This document shows, one piece after another, positions 36,349-46,763 of a stretch of DNA of 64,000 bases. Every line of letters begins with the position of its first letter. Position 1 is the stretch's first letter. The translations under genes were made by a program, and so were the position numbers. The notes beneath the pieces were generated by a model that was not told the DNA's origin, searched no databases, and saw only the letters and a program-made list of their open reading frames with translations. This DNA comes from Actinomycetota bacterium. GTDB taxonomy: Bacteria; Actinomycetota; Actinomycetes; Mycobacteriales; Mycobacteriaceae. The stretch lies in the NCBI GenBank assembly GCA_034190095.1, contig JAXHTL010000002.1:8374-72373 (forward strand), in the 5' to 3' direction.

Positions 36349-38337
36349 TCAGTGGCAGGCGTCGGACGCGGTGGGCGGCACGTCGAGCGCGGGGTTGCGG
36401 TCGAAGAAACCGAACGGCTTCAGCCAGAACGACACCACGTCCACCGGCATCACCGGCCAATCCTCCGGCCGGGTGATGTGGTGGATGCCGAAGACGTACC
36501 AGAGCACGACGTCGGTGTTCTCCAGGTCACGGTCGGCCGCGGTCCACCGTGCCAGACCGGTGTCGCGGACGGACTGGTTGACGAACTCGCCCGCCGGCCA
36601 CCGTTCGTCGGGACTGTTCGGGGTGACCCAGAGGGTGTGCCCGATGACCGCGGCGCGTTCGAGTACCGGCGACCCCGGTTCGAACAGCGGCGGGATGGCA
36701 CCGGTGGGAACCAGCTTGTAGGCCGGGTGGGCGCCCAGGCCGGTGACGACGTTGGGGTTGACCACCTTCCAGGACCGCTGGGTGGCGAAGTCGACGTCCT
36801 GGCGGGCTTCGCCTTCGCTGCGCAGCGGGGTGTTGCGCACCACCATCGAGAGCCCGTACGGATTGTCCGGTCCGATCGGCTCGGCATAGGACTCGGACAC
36901 GACCACGGTGTTGTCGCTGCCGTCGATGTCCATGTCCAGCCGGGCCACCAGGAAATGTTGGTGAAACGGCGCATAGGTGCGTTCGTCGACCAGGGTGCCG
37001 TTGGGATTGGGAGCCCCCGGCGGCAGCGGCGTGGTGACCATGATGCCGGTGGCCCGCACCTCGCATTCGATGTTGCCGTCCTGGTAGAGCCGCCAGTAGA
37101 CGAGGTACTCGTAGTTGGCGACGGTGACGTGGAAGGACAGTGTCAGCCGGCGCATCCGCCGAACCTCGGCGCCGATGTCGTGGTCGACGTGCTTCCACAG
37201 GACGGCGTTGTCCTCCTCGTGGATGCAGATCGCGTTGGTGATGGTGTACGGCTCGCCGGCGCTGTCGTGCAGCACGGCATCGAGATAGCGGATCTCCCCC
37301 AGACAGTCGCAGCCCAGTTCCAGGGAGGTTGTCATGAAACCCAGGCCCCACTCACCGATGTCGAAGGCCGTGCGCCGGTAGTGGTCGGGTGAGGGGTCAC
37401 GGTAGGGCACGACCATCTCCGCGAACGACATCCGGTGGGCGATCGGGCGGTCGGCCCCGCCGTCCCGGTAACTCACCGTGTGCAGCGTCATCCCCTCGCG
37501 ATGATTGAACCCGACCCGCAGCGACCAGTTCTGCCAGCGGACCAGGTTGCCGTCCAGCGTGAACGACGGCCCCTCGGGCTGGGTGATGTGCAGCGGTGTG
37601 GGCGCCTGTCTGCGCCCGGCGGAGCGGATGTGTTCCGGGATGTGCTTGGGCACATACTCGCCCATCACCTCCGGCGGCACCGCCTCACCGGTCGCGAACG
37701 GGCCGGTGTCCTCGATCCGTAGCAGCTCCATCCGGTTGACATCGATGACGCAGTGCAGTCCGCTGACCATCCGCGCATAGGGGTTGGCTCCCGGCGCAGC
37801 CTTGACCCAGGCGTCCGACCAGCCGATCCGTCGGTCCCGGAACTCCTTGGGGGCCACCGCGTCCCCGTAGGTCCAGGTGTCGAAGAACACCAGGCCGATG
37901 TCGGTGATGCCGCGGCGCTGCAATGCGGCCACGACGTCGGGATGCGCGCGCAGCAGCCGGTCACATTCGGTGAACTCGTCGACGGTGAAATTGGCCTGGA
38001 CGCCGGGGATGTGCTCGAAGCTCTCGACCCGATCGTCGGTGAGCGAGACCACGCTCTTGTAGGTGGCGTTGTCGGTGCGGTTGAAGCAGACCACCGTGGC
38101 GCGCCGCGCCGGGACGGGTCCTCCCCCGGCGAACGCCGCGAGTTCGGCCTTCATCGGCTCCAGCAGTTCTATCGAGGCGAACCGCCAGCCCAGCCCGTCC
38201 GGACCGGAATCGGCGGTGACGGCCCGCTCGCGCTGCAGGATCTCAGTCACTCGGCGGAATTCGTCGGCCCCGAGGGGATCGAGCGGGAACCTGGACGACG
38301 GACCACTGTGCGCTGACACGGGTAAAAACAACCACAT
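36349..38337 (-). CDS. copper-containing primary amine oxidase (topaquinone enzyme)
   Basis: 662 aa. TPQ consensus '[11 protein letters not shown]'. Cu-ligand '[16 protein letters not shown]'. N2/N3 and catalytic domains are colinear with Arthrobacter-type amine oxidases. Confidence 0.9.
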   Translation of the reverse strand: MWLFLPVSAHSGPSSRFPLDPLGADEFRRVTEILQRERAVTADSGPDGLGWRFASIELLEPMKAELAAFAGGGPVPARRATVVCFNRTDNATYKSVVSLTDDRVESFEHIPGVQANFTVDEFTECDRLLRAHPDVVAALQRRGITDIGLVFFDTWTYGDAVAPKEFRDRRIGWSDAWVKAAPGANPYARMVSGLHCVIDVNRMELLRIEDTGPFATGEAVPPEVMGEYVPKHIPEHIRSAGRRQAPTPLHITQPEGPSFTLDGNLVRWQNWSLRVGFNHREGMTLHTVSYRDGGADRPIAHRMSFAEMVVPYRDPSPDHYRRTAFDIGEWGLGFMTTSLELGCDCLGEIRYLDAVLHDSAGEPYTITNAICIHEEDNAVLWKHVDHDIGAEVRRMRRLTLSFHVTVANYEYLVYWRLYQDGNIECEVRATGIMVTTPLPPGAPNPNGTLVDERTYAPFHQHFLVARLDMDIDGSDNTVVVSESYAEPIGPDNPYGLSMVVRNTPLRSEGEARQDVDFATQRSWKVVNPNVVTGLGAHPAYKLVPTGAIPPLFEPGSPVLERAAVIGHTLWVTPNSPDERWPAGEFVNQSVRDTGLARWTAADRDLENTDVVLWYVFGIHHITRPEDWPVMPVDVVSFWLKPFGFFDRNPALDVPPTASDACH

Positions 38338-38373
38338 CGGGGGGCGGGCGGCACCCCGATTGGAGAAGTCGGC

Positions 38374-39882
38374 TCAGCGGGTGGCCAGCGAAAAGCCCTG
38401 CCAGGCCCGTCGGCGCTCGGAATGCGGATCGAACTCGATGCGGCGCTTGCGGTCGAGCACCAGGACCGCACGCTCGTGACGGTCGTACAACGGCCAGTCC
38501 TGGCCGGGCACGCCGTGGCGGGCGAAGCTCAACCAGCGCCCCTGGATGTCGTCACTGACCTTGCGCGCCACGCGGGAATCCACCCCGGCGGCGAGCAACC
38601 GCCCGAAGCGCGACCGGTAGACGTCGAACACCGCCAGCAGCTCGGTCGCGTGGGTGGCGCCGAAACCCGACCACCGAAGTGCGCGGGTGGCGTAGTCGTA
38701 GCGGTACACGAACGTCGGGGCGTGCCGGCTGTGGGCTTGCGCGATCTGCCACACCGCGGATCCGAAGATGAAATCGCCTCCGAGCGAGACGCACGCCGCA
38801 GAATCGGGGTAGCCCGGGTAGGCGGCCAGAATACGTTCCCGCTCAACGGGATCAGCCTGGGACAACAGCCGCTCGATCGCTGGCTCGTTGGTCGGCAGCA
38901 ACTTCAGGACGCGGGTGAACAGCCGGCCCTCGTCGGCGTTCGTGCCGACGATCATCGGCACCCGGTGCGCCTCGCCGGCGGCCATCGCGGCGACCGGATC
39001 CTGCGGCAGGAACTCGGTCCCGAACGCCGGGCCTATCGCGAAGGCGCCCAGCATCTCCCGCTGCCCCTCCACGATGAGGCGTTCGAGCGCATCCACCAAC
39101 TCGGCGGGGCGAGCCGCCAGCAACGCCGCCGCGGCGTCCCGCCGCGACGCCCCCAGCTGCGCGGCGAAGCGGTCGGCGTAGTCGGCGGCCACGTCGGCGC
39201 CGCGCGTCATTCCGCTGACCGGGCTCTGCGCGATCGCCTGGGAGAACAGCCCCTCGGCGGCCGGGGTTGCCATCAGGGTGGACACCGCATGCGCTCCGGC
39301 GCTCTCCCCGAAGATCGTGACGTTGTCCGGATCGCCGCCGAAGGCCGCGATGTTGGTGCGTACCCAGCGCAGTGCGGCCACCAGGTCACGCAGGAACAGG
39401 TTGTCGTCGATCGTGATGTCCGCCGTCGACAGCGACGACAGCTCCAGGCAACCCAGCGCACCCAGCCGGTAGTTCACCGAAACGAAGACACAGCCCTGGC
39501 GGGCCAGCGATGCACCGTCGTAGATGGGCGTCGCCGAGCTGCCGAGCATGTAGCCGCCGCCGTGGATGAACACCTTGACCGGCAGCGGCCCGTCGGCCTG
39601 GCCGGCCGGAGCGGTGACGTTGAGCGTCAGACAGTCCTCACTCATCGGCTGGAACTTGCCGGGAGCCAGGATGGTGTACATGCGTTGCTGCGGAGCGCAG
39701 TGTCCGAAACCGTGGCAGTGCCGCACCCCCCGCCAGGGCTGAACCGGTTGGGGCGCCCGGTAGCGCAGCGGGCCGACCGGCGGGCGGGCATACGGGATCG
39801 ATCGCCAGCGGTTGACGCCGTCGCGGGTGAAACCCTCGACGACACCCGAGTCGATCGGGACCCGGACGGTGTGTTGGTGCAT
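38374..39882 (-). CDS. type-B carboxylesterase/lipase
   Basis: 502 aa. 'VFIHGGGY' oxyanion region and nucleophile elbow 'FGESAGAHAV'. Confidence 0.9.
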   Translation of the reverse strand: MHQHTVRVPIDSGVVEGFTRDGVNRWRSIPYARPPVGPLRYRAPQPVQPWRGVRHCHGFGHCAPQQRMYTILAPGKFQPMSEDCLTLNVTAPAGQADGPLPVKVFIHGGGYMLGSSATPIYDGASLARQGCVFVSVNYRLGALGCLELSSLSTADITIDDNLFLRDLVAALRWVRTNIAAFGGDPDNVTIFGESAGAHAVSTLMATPAAEGLFSQAIAQSPVSGMTRGADVAADYADRFAAQLGASRRDAAAALLAARPAELVDALERLIVEGQREMLGAFAIGPAFGTEFLPQDPVAAMAAGEAHRVPMIVGTNADEGRLFTRVLKLLPTNEPAIERLLSQADPVERERILAAYPGYPDSAACVSLGGDFIFGSAVWQIAQAHSRHAPTFVYRYDYATRALRWSGFGATHATELLAVFDVYRSRFGRLLAAGVDSRVARKVSDDIQGRWLSFARHGVPGQDWPLYDRHERAVLVLDRKRRIEFDPHSERRRAWQGFSLATR

Positions 39883-39955
39883 CTCCTCGACGGTAGCGAA
39901 CCGCGGCCCGCCCCGCCTCGCCTACCGGGCCGTGTCGGCCCGCTAACCTGGCGCA

Positions 39956-40660
39956 ATGCGCATTGCAGGCCTGATCGCGGTGAGTGTGCTGGTCGCCGGC
40001 TGCTCCCAATCGGTCGGCGGTGAGGCCGAGCCATCCGCTGCACCGGCTCCCTCGTCGGCCCGGCAAACCGCCCCGACCAGCGCTTCTGCGCTGCCGTCGG
40101 GCACCAGGCAACCCAGCGCGGCACCCGGGCCCGGGGCTGCCGTCAACGAGGTCATCGAGTGGGTGGAGGGCGGCGCTCCCGTCGATCCGGCCGAGCACCG
40201 GGTGGCGTTCCGGGACGGGGTGACCACCAGCCTGGGCGACGACGTGGCGTTCACCGCGCCGTCCGGCGCACCCCACGGTTCGACTCAGTGCATCACCGAC
40301 GTGCAGTACAGCGACGGGACCCTGATCTGTCTGACCGACCTCGACTCCCCTCCCCCACGCCCGGCCGGTGCCGAGGGAATGTGGAAGCCGGGCTGGATCG
40401 AGTTCGCCGGCACAACCATGCAGGTCGGGGCGTTGCACGGAGATCCCGGTCCGTTCCTCAACGGGGTCGGCCCGGAACTGCCGCCGGGTCAGACCCTGGC
40501 ATTCGGCGACTACCGGTGCCGCAGTGATGCGACCGGGCTGGCCTGCGTGAACTACGCGCACCGCTCGGCGGCCTGGATCGGTGCGGCCGGAGTGGTGCCC
40601 TACGGCTGCCTGCAGCCGGTGTCGGCTCCACCGGGTATCGGCCAGATGTTCAGCTGCTGA
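39956..40660 (+). CDS. lipoprotein of unknown function
   Basis: Signal peptide with lipobox 'VLVAGCSQ', a Pro/Ala/Ser-rich linker, and several Cys residues in the mature part. Confidence 0.7.
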   Translation: MRIAGLIAVSVLVAGCSQSVGGEAEPSAAPAPSSARQTAPTSASALPSGTRQPSAAPGPGAAVNEVIEWVEGGAPVDPAEHRVAFRDGVTTSLGDDVAFTAPSGAPHGSTQCITDVQYSDGTLICLTDLDSPPPRPAGAEGMWKPGWIEFAGTTMQVGALHGDPGPFLNGVGPELPPGQTLAFGDYRCRSDATGLACVNYAHRSAAWIGAAGVVPYGCLQPVSAPPGIGQMFSC

Positions 40661-40667
40661 GCCGGGC

Positions 40668-41252
40668 TCACGTCTCGCCGAGCCCCTGGCGGGCCTTTTC
40701 GCGCGCCCGGCCCGGATAGATCCGTGTCATTCCGATCGCGCCCACCACGACGACCACCGGGATCACCGCCTTGGTCCAGTGCACCGTCGACGGTGACACC
40801 GCCGCCACATAGCCCAGGACCGCGATCAGCGCGAACACCAGCGCCCACATCAGCGTGAGCATCTGGTTGGTGCGCCGGAACGCGGCCTCCTCCCATTCCT
40901 CGCGGGCTGCCGCCGGCGGGGCGTACTGCGCGGTGAACGGCTCGAAGCCCAGGGAGATCAGCGCCATCGCGGCGAGCACCCCACTGGAGAGGGTGGTGGC
41001 GTAGGTGTCCATCCAGTCGCGGTCCTGCGCGCCCAGGATCAGACCGGCGACTGTCACCGCGGCGAAGAACACGACGGTCACCACGTCCAGTGTCCGGACT
41101 CCGGCGAAACCCGCTGACACCCCCAGCAGCACCGTGGCCAGCACCGCACAGACGGCCCCGAACATCCAGGTGCTGGGGCCGTCTGCGACGACCCAGTAGA
41201 TGATCCACGGGACAAACCCGACGAACGGGCTGCGCTCGAACCATTCGTCCAC
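40668..41252 (-). CDS. hypothetical membrane protein
   Basis: 194 aa, about 5-6 hydrophobic helices. No motif recognised. Confidence 0.6.
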   Translation of the reverse strand: MDEWFERSPFVGFVPWIIYWVVADGPSTWMFGAVCAVLATVLLGVSAGFAGVRTLDVVTVVFFAAVTVAGLILGAQDRDWMDTYATTLSSGVLAAMALISLGFEPFTAQYAPPAAAREEWEEAAFRRTNQMLTLMWALVFALIAVLGYVAAVSPSTVHWTKAVIPVVVVVGAIGMTRIYPGRAREKARQGLGET

Positions 41253-41375
41253 GCCCCACCTTTACCCCCCGCGCAGCGGTCGGGCGAGCCGAATGCGTTT
41301 TCCCGACGGACGACACCAGCCGGACCACGGGTGTGGTCCGGCTGGGTCCGGGGGCGGATACAGAAGGGCTCTGGG

Positions 41376-42083
41376 TCAGTTCAGCCGGAAGGAGCCGGTC
41401 ACGAGCTCCGGGGTGACCGACACACCGTTGATGGTGGCCTTGGGCGTCTCGTCCTCGAACTCGATGGGGTCCGCGGGCCGCAGGTTACGGCTGGGGCGCA
41501 CATCGTTGCGCACATCGAAGTCGCTGAACTCGTCGAGGTTGAACGGATCGAAGTTACGCCGGTCCTGGGAGAAGCCGCTGAACCGCACACCGACAGCGGT
41601 GCCGTCGGGGCGAACCACCCAGGAGTCGCGGACACCGTCGACCTCGGCGGTGTACATGCCCGCGATCCCGGACACCTGGTTGGCGGTGAAGTCGTAGACG
41701 ACCCCGTCCATCGTCACCTCACCGGTGGCCACCGCGCCGTCGAAGCTCGCCTGCATGGTGTCGCGGAACTTCGACTTGATATCGGTGGTGCCGTCGGTCT
41801 GGGTGCCGAAGAACCAGGCCTCGTCGTCGGTTCCGTTGCACGCGTAGGCGGCAACGTCGGACCCGTCGATGCTGATGCCGATCGTCATGGTCTGGCCGTC
41901 GGCCGATTCCATGTCTGCCATGTAGCGCGCCGACTCGGGCACCTCAGCGACAGACGAGGTCTCCGGCGCCGGCTGCGCCTCGGACGTAGCCGGCGCCGAC
42001 GAGTTACCCGAGCACGCCGTCAGCGTCCCGAACATGGCCAGCGCGCTGATTCCCACGAGCATCGAACGAGTGTGTTTTTTCAT
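41376..42083 (-). CDS. lipoprotein of unknown function
   Basis: ATG at 42083. 'MKKHTRSMLVGISALAMFGTLTACSG' (lipobox LTAC). The track ORF is trimmed. Confidence 0.7.
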   Translation of the reverse strand: MKKHTRSMLVGISALAMFGTLTACSGNSSAPATSEAQPAPETSSVAEVPESARYMADMESADGQTMTIGISIDGSDVAAYACNGTDDEAWFFGTQTDGTTDIKSKFRDTMQASFDGAVATGEVTMDGVVYDFTANQVSGIAGMYTAEVDGVRDSWVVRPDGTAVGVRFSGFSQDRRNFDPFNLDEFSDFDVRNDVRPSRNLRPADPIEFEDETPKATINGVSVTPELVTGSFRLN

Positions 42084-42156
42084 GCGACAAGCATCTCCGC
42101 ACAGGCGCGGTCTTGCTTGGAGAATATGTGGAGATTGCGTGGAGAACCGCGACCGG

Positions 42157-43371
42157 TCAGACCGCCAGAAACGCCGAGACCTCGTCACAGAACACCCGCC
42201 AGGCCGGCTCGGTGGCGGTGAGCAGGTGATTGTTGCTGGCCAGCGCCACCAGGCGGGAGTCCGAAATCAGCGCGGCCAGCTCTTCGCCGTAGCGCATCGG
42301 GACACGGTGATCGTCTCGCGAGTGCAGGATCAGTGTGGGGCAACGGACCTCGCCGGCCTGATCGCGAACATCGATGCGGCCGAACTCCTCCAGGAAGCGC
42401 ACCGCATTCTCCGGTGACGTCGTCCGCCGCTGCAGCTGGTCGAACGCCGCCCAGTCCGAACGGGTTCCATCGGGCAGGAACTGCGCGGCGAACACCTGCC
42501 GGAATGCCGGATCGTCACGGCCCCAACCGACCCGGGCAAGATCGAGATCGAGTGCAGCGGCACGCTTCTCGTCCTCACTCAGGGCCCGGACCGCACGGCC
42601 CCTGGCGTAGGCGCCACACAACACCAACCGGGTGACCTTCTCCGGGTGACGAGCGGCGTAGGCGACCGCGACCGCACCCCCCTGCGACACCCCGAGCAAC
42701 GGGAAGCGTTCCAGCCCCAGAGCCTCCACCACCGTCTCCAGGTCGGTGACCCAGTCGTCGAAGGTGAAATCCTGCGCGTCCCAGTCCGACAGCCCGCAGC
42801 CGCGTTCGTCGTAGCGAATGAATCGGTTGTGCAACGCCATGTCCCGGACCCAGTGCCGCCACACCGGGCTCTCGACGTCGTAGCCGAGGTGGGTCATCCA
42901 GTTGGCCGCACGCACCAGTGGCGGCCCGTCGCCGGCCACGGCGTAGGCCAACCGCACCCCGTCGGCGGCCCGGCAGAACGCGATGTGCTGGCGCGGTATC
43001 TCGGGCTCGGGCTCGACCTCGGGCAGCACGGCGGCGTCGGCCTGCAGGGTGCCGACGAACTGGTAGCCACGGCCACGCACCGTGCGGATGTAGCGCTGGG
43101 ACTCACCGTCGTCCCCGAGCGCCCGCCGGGCGGCCTTGATACGGCTGGTCAGAGCCGCTTCGCCGACGAAGCGCCCACCCCATACCGAATCGAAGAGCTC
43201 CTCCTTGCTGACGAACCGCTCGTTGTTGCTCACCAGCTGGGTCAGCACGTCGAAAACCTGAGGCTCGACCCGGATCACCGCGTCGCCACAGCGCAACTCA
43301 TAGCGACCGGTATCGAGGGTGTAGTCGTCGAAGCGCCACACCCGCGGCGGCGCCGGCTCCGCGCTGGACAC
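42157..43371 (-). CDS. OmpR/PhoB-type winged-helix DNA-binding domain fused to an alpha/beta hydrolase
   Basis: 404 aa. N-terminal Trans_reg_C ('FDDYTLDTGRYELRCGD..IRVEPQVFDVL...YIRTVRGRGYQF') with no receiver domain. C-terminal hydrolase with 'LLGVSQGGAVA' nucleophile elbow. Confidence 0.8.
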   Translation of the reverse strand: MSSAEPAPPRVWRFDDYTLDTGRYELRCGDAVIRVEPQVFDVLTQLVSNNERFVSKEELFDSVWGGRFVGEAALTSRIKAARRALGDDGESQRYIRTVRGRGYQFVGTLQADAAVLPEVEPEPEIPRQHIAFCRAADGVRLAYAVAGDGPPLVRAANWMTHLGYDVESPVWRHWVRDMALHNRFIRYDERGCGLSDWDAQDFTFDDWVTDLETVVEALGLERFPLLGVSQGGAVAVAYAARHPEKVTRLVLCGAYARGRAVRALSEDEKRAAALDLDLARVGWGRDDPAFRQVFAAQFLPDGTRSDWAAFDQLQRRTTSPENAVRFLEEFGRIDVRDQAGEVRCPTLILHSRDDHRVPMRYGEELAALISDSRLVALASNNHLLTATEPAWRVFCDEVSAFLAV

Positions 43372-43431
43372 GCGTTAACAGTACCGGTGTCCGGCTCCGA
43401 TTGTCGGATCCGTCAGTACCCGCCGCGCCGC

Positions 43432-43782
43432 CTACCGCCAGCCGTCGGCGGCCTGCGCCGCTTGCATCACGGCATCGCACAGCTCGCGCAGTTCGCCGGC
43501 CCCCGCGCCCTCGGCGATCGCGGTCGCCATGTCCTCGGCCGCGCACCGCACCTGATAGACGCGATCAGACAGCAGCGACGCCTCCTCGGCGGTCAGCACC
43601 ACCGCATCGGCAGGCACCGAGGTCCCCTTGACCATCGCGCGCTGTTCGTAGGCCCGCTGCCGGCACGCCTGCCTGCAGTACCGGCGCCGGCGCCCCAATC
43701 CGGCGTCGGCCACCTCGCGGCCGCACCACAGGCAGGTCTGCGGGCGGGAGCGGGTGCTGCTGCGCGGGACCACGGACGTCAC
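43432..43782 (-). CDS. small zinc-ribbon-like hypothetical protein
   Basis: 116 aa. 'CLWCGREV....RRRYCRQACRQRAYEQR' CxxC...CxxxC motif. Confidence 0.55.
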   Translation of the reverse strand: MTSVVPRSSTRSRPQTCLWCGREVADAGLGRRRRYCRQACRQRAYEQRAMVKGTSVPADAVVLTAEEASLLSDRVYQVRCAAEDMATAIAEGAGAGELRELCDAVMQAAQAADGWR

Positions 43783-43913
43783 ACCGACGACCTTAGACCG
43801 GGCTCGCGTGGGTTCGGCGTATCATCGACGGCCGAGTCGGGCACTCCGGGAACTCGGGGGGACGCGTATGCGTTGACATAGCCGGACGAATTGCGTTTAT
43901 AGAGGAGTTGACG

Positions 43914-44249
43914 ATGGCTGATCGTGTATTGAGGGGCAGTCGCCTCGGGGCCGTGAGCTACGAGACAGACCGCAACCACGACTTGGCGCCGCGTCAGGTC
44001 GCCCGCTACCGCACCGACAACGGCGAGGAGTTCGACGTCCCGTTCGCCGACGACGCCGAGATCCCCGGCACCTGGCTGTGCCGCAACGGCATGGAGGGCA
44101 CCCTGATCGAGGGTGACGTGCCGGAGCCCAAGAAGGTCAAGCCGCCCAGGACGCACTGGGACATGCTGCTGGAGCGTCGCTCGGTCGAGGAGCTCGAGGA
44201 ACTGCTCAAGGAGCGCCTCGACCTGATCAAGACGCGCCGCAGGGGCTGA
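43914..44249 (+). CDS. rbpA: RNA polymerase-binding protein RbpA
   Basis: 111 aa, 'MADRVLRGSRLGAVSYETDRNHDLAPRQ...WLCRNG...THWDMLLERRS', essentially the mycobacterial RbpA sequence as I recall it. AGAGGAG RBS. ATG at 43914, within track ORF 43908. Confidence 0.95.
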   Translation: MADRVLRGSRLGAVSYETDRNHDLAPRQVARYRTDNGEEFDVPFADDAEIPGTWLCRNGMEGTLIEGDVPEPKKVKPPRTHWDMLLERRSVEELEELLKERLDLIKTRRRG

Positions 44250-44261
44250 CGGCGCGTCAGC
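44245..44261. terminator. short GC hairpin spanning both convergent stop codons (possible bidirectional I-shaped terminator)
   Basis: GCTGACG-gcg-CGTCAGC. The 7-bp stem contains the rbpA TGA (44247-44249) and the ppm1 stop (44257-44259). No U-tract. Confidence 0.3.
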
Positions 44262-45072
44262 GCGCGCTGCCGCGCGCCCGGTCGATCCGGGCGCGCAGCC
44301 CCCATTCGGCGACCTTGACGATCGCTTCGCGGATCGTCGACCCGTCCATCTTCGACACGCCGTGCTCGCGTTCGGTGAACGTGATCGGCACCTCCACGAC
44401 CACGAACCCGGCATTGATGGAGCGCCAGGTCAGGTCCACCTGGAACCCGTATCCCTTGGTGTCGATGGCCGCGAGATCGATTTTCTCCAGCACCTCACGC
44501 CGGTAGGCCCGGTAACCAGCGGTGATGTCGTGGATGTCGACGCCGAGCAGGATTCGCGAGTAACCGTTGGCGGTGCGGGACAGCACCAGCCGCCGGCGCG
44601 GCCAGTTGACCACCTCACCGCCGGCGACGTAGCGCGAACCGATCACGACATCGGCGCCGCCGTCGACCGCGTCGAGCAGGCGGTGCAGCTGCTCGGGCGG
44701 ATGACTGCCGTCGGCGTCCATCTCGACGAGCACCGAATACTGCCGGTTCAGGCCCCAGGCGAAACCGGCGAGATAGGCCGCTCCCAGCCCCTCCTTCGAC
44801 GTGCGATGCATGGTGTGGATGCGGTCGGGGTCGGCCAGCGCGAGTTCCTCGGCCAGCTCACCGGTGCCGTCGGGGCTGCTGTCGTCGACGATGAGAACGT
44901 CGACATCGGGTGCCGAGCTGTTCACCCGCTCGATGATCAGCGGCAGGTTCGTGCGCTCGTTGTAGGTCGGGATGATGACCAGGGTCCGTGCGCTGGGTTT
45001 GTCGGCGGGGCCTCCCGCGCTGCGTCCCGATGGCGTGGCTTTGTCGCCGGGCATACCGCCGGGGACGCTCAT
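44257..45072 (-). CDS. ppm1: polyprenol-phosphate mannosyltransferase (GT2)
   Basis: 271 aa. '[13 protein letters not shown]', 'VDDSSPDGT', 'MDADGSHPP'. Overlaps the lnt stop by 4 nt. Position next to rbpA matches mycobacteria. Confidence 0.9.
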   Translation of the reverse strand: MSVPGGMPGDKATPSGRSAGGPADKPSARTLVIIPTYNERTNLPLIIERVNSSAPDVDVLIVDDSSPDGTGELAEELALADPDRIHTMHRTSKEGLGAAYLAGFAWGLNRQYSVLVEMDADGSHPPEQLHRLLDAVDGGADVVIGSRYVAGGEVVNWPRRRLVLSRTANGYSRILLGVDIHDITAGYRAYRREVLEKIDLAAIDTKGYGFQVDLTWRSINAGFVVVEVPITFTEREHGVSKMDGSTIREAIVKVAEWGLRARIDRARGSAR

Positions 45073-46763
45073 GAGGCTCCTTCGCCGTTGTCGGTCGTCG
45101 CTCGCCGACGCCGGAATCTTGCTGGCACGGATGATCCATTGTGCAGTATCGCGCCCAGAACTCCCGCAACGCCGATGGCGACGAGCACCGCCTCCACGTA
45201 GGGACCGAAGCGGGTGGCCGGGGTCAGTGCGGTCTTGAGCCTGATCTGTTGGTCGAGAAAGGCCGGCTCGAAGAACGCGGTGCGGGCCAGTTCACGGCCG
45301 TCGGGTGCGATGACGGCGCTGATCCCGGTGGTGCCGGCGACGACGACGTAGCGGTCGTGTTCGACGGCCCGCAACCGCCCGAACGCCAGCTGCTGCTCGC
45401 TCATCGCCTCGTCGAAGGTGGCGTTGTTGGTGGGCACCGCCAGCATCTGCGCGCCGCTGCGCACCGCCTCCCGCGAGGCGCGGTCGAAGATGACCTCCCA
45501 GCAGGTGGTGACCCCGACGGGCACACCCGCCGCCCGGACCACCCCGTCGCCGTCTCCGGGAACGAAGTAGCCCGCCCGGTCGGCATAGGGGGACAGTTTG
45601 CTGAAGAAGTCGCGCCACGGCAGATACTCGCCGAAGGGCTGGACGATCTGTTTGTCATGGCGGTCAGCCGGCCCCGTCCCGGGGTTCCACACGATGACAG
45701 AGTTGTTCGACACCGGGTTGTCCGGGCTGTAGCCGGGCGCGGCGACCACTCCACCGACCAGGATCGGGGCGTCGATGGCGCCGGCGGCACGCGAGATGAG
45801 CTGCCCGGCGTCGGCGTTGGCGAGCGGATCGATGTCCGAGGAGTTCTCCGGCCAGATGACCAGCATCGGCTGCGGTGCCCGACCGGCCCGCACCTCGTCG
45901 GCCAGCCGCAGGGTCTGCTCGACGTGGTTGTCGAGCACCGCCCTGCGCTGGGCGTTGAAGTCCAGGCCGAGGCGAGGCACGTTGCCCTGCACCGCGGCCA
46001 CCGTGACCGGTGCGCCGTCACCGGCTCCCGAACCCGCCTTGCGGACCGTGGGCCAGGCCAGCGCTGTCGAGAGCAGCACCAGGCTGATACAGACGCCGGG
46101 AACCACCACCGCCGGCGCGACCGCGGCCCGTGAGTCGGCGTCCCGGCGCCACCACTCGACGACCGCCAGCGTCATCGCGGCCATGCTGAAGCCGACGAGC
46201 ACCACCGCGAACGACACCAAGGGGGCTCCGCCGAGGTAGGCCAGCGACAGCAACGGGCTCTCGGTCTGCGAGAAGCCGACGACCCCCCACGGGAAGCCGC
46301 CGAACGGGATGGTGGATTTGAGCCATTCCTGCAGCGACCACAGCCCCGCGAACCAGACGGGCCAGCCGGGCAGCGAGCGCACCGCGACGGCGACCGCACC
46401 GAACAACGCCGGGAACAGTGCCTGGGCCAGGCTCAGCGCCAGCCATGGAACCGCCCCGACCAACCCGCTGATCCACGGCAGCAGGGGCAGGTAGAACGCC
46501 AAGCCGAAGAGCAGGCCGTAACCGAATCCTCCGGCGACAGTGGTGGCCGGTCTGGTCAACACCCAGGCCAGCAGGGCGAACGCCAGGATCGCGGTGTACC
46601 ACCAGCCCAGTGGCGGGAAGCTGACGTACAGGGCGATTCCGGCGGCGATCGTGGCGGTCAGCGCGGGCAACCGGTCGGTCAGGGCCGCCGCGAGCCGAGC
46701 CCCCCGGGAACGCCGCTGCCCACCCCCGGGGTGGGCGACCTCGGCGTCGACGGATTCAGCCAT
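45069..46763 (-). CDS. lnt: apolipoprotein N-acyltransferase
   Basis: 564 aa. About 8 TM helices plus a CN-hydrolase domain ('VIWPENS', 'TCWEVIF'). Confidence 0.9.
   Translation of the reverse strand: MAESVDAEVAHPGGGQRRSRGARLAAALTDRLPALTATIAAGIALYVSFPPLGWWYTAILAFALLAWVLTRPATTVAGGFGYGLLFGLAFYLPLLPWISGLVGAVPWLALSLAQALFPALFGAVAVAVRSLPGWPVWFAGLWSLQEWLKSTIPFGGFPWGVVGFSQTESPLLSLAYLGGAPLVSFAVVLVGFSMAAMTLAVVEWWRRDADSRAAVAPAVVVPGVCISLVLLSTALAWPTVRKAGSGAGDGAPVTVAAVQGNVPRLGLDFNAQRRAVLDNHVEQTLRLADEVRAGRAPQPMLVIWPENSSDIDPLANADAGQLISRAAGAIDAPILVGGVVAAPGYSPDNPVSNNSVIVWNPGTGPADRHDKQIVQPFGEYLPWRDFFSKLSPYADRAGYFVPGDGDGVVRAAGVPVGVTTCWEVIFDRASREAVRSGAQMLAVPTNNATFDEAMSEQQLAFGRLRAVEHDRYVVVAGTTGISAVIAPDGRELARTAFFEPAFLDQQIRLKTALTPATRFGPYVEAVLVAIGVAGVLGAILHNGSSVPARFRRRRATTDNGEGAS

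Noticed and set aside
43873-43903. TTGACA upstream of rbpA as a sigma-70-type promoter
   Set aside because: No acceptable TANNNT -10 lies at 16-19 nt, and a transcript starting there would remove the AGAGGAG RBS. It is not reported as a feature.
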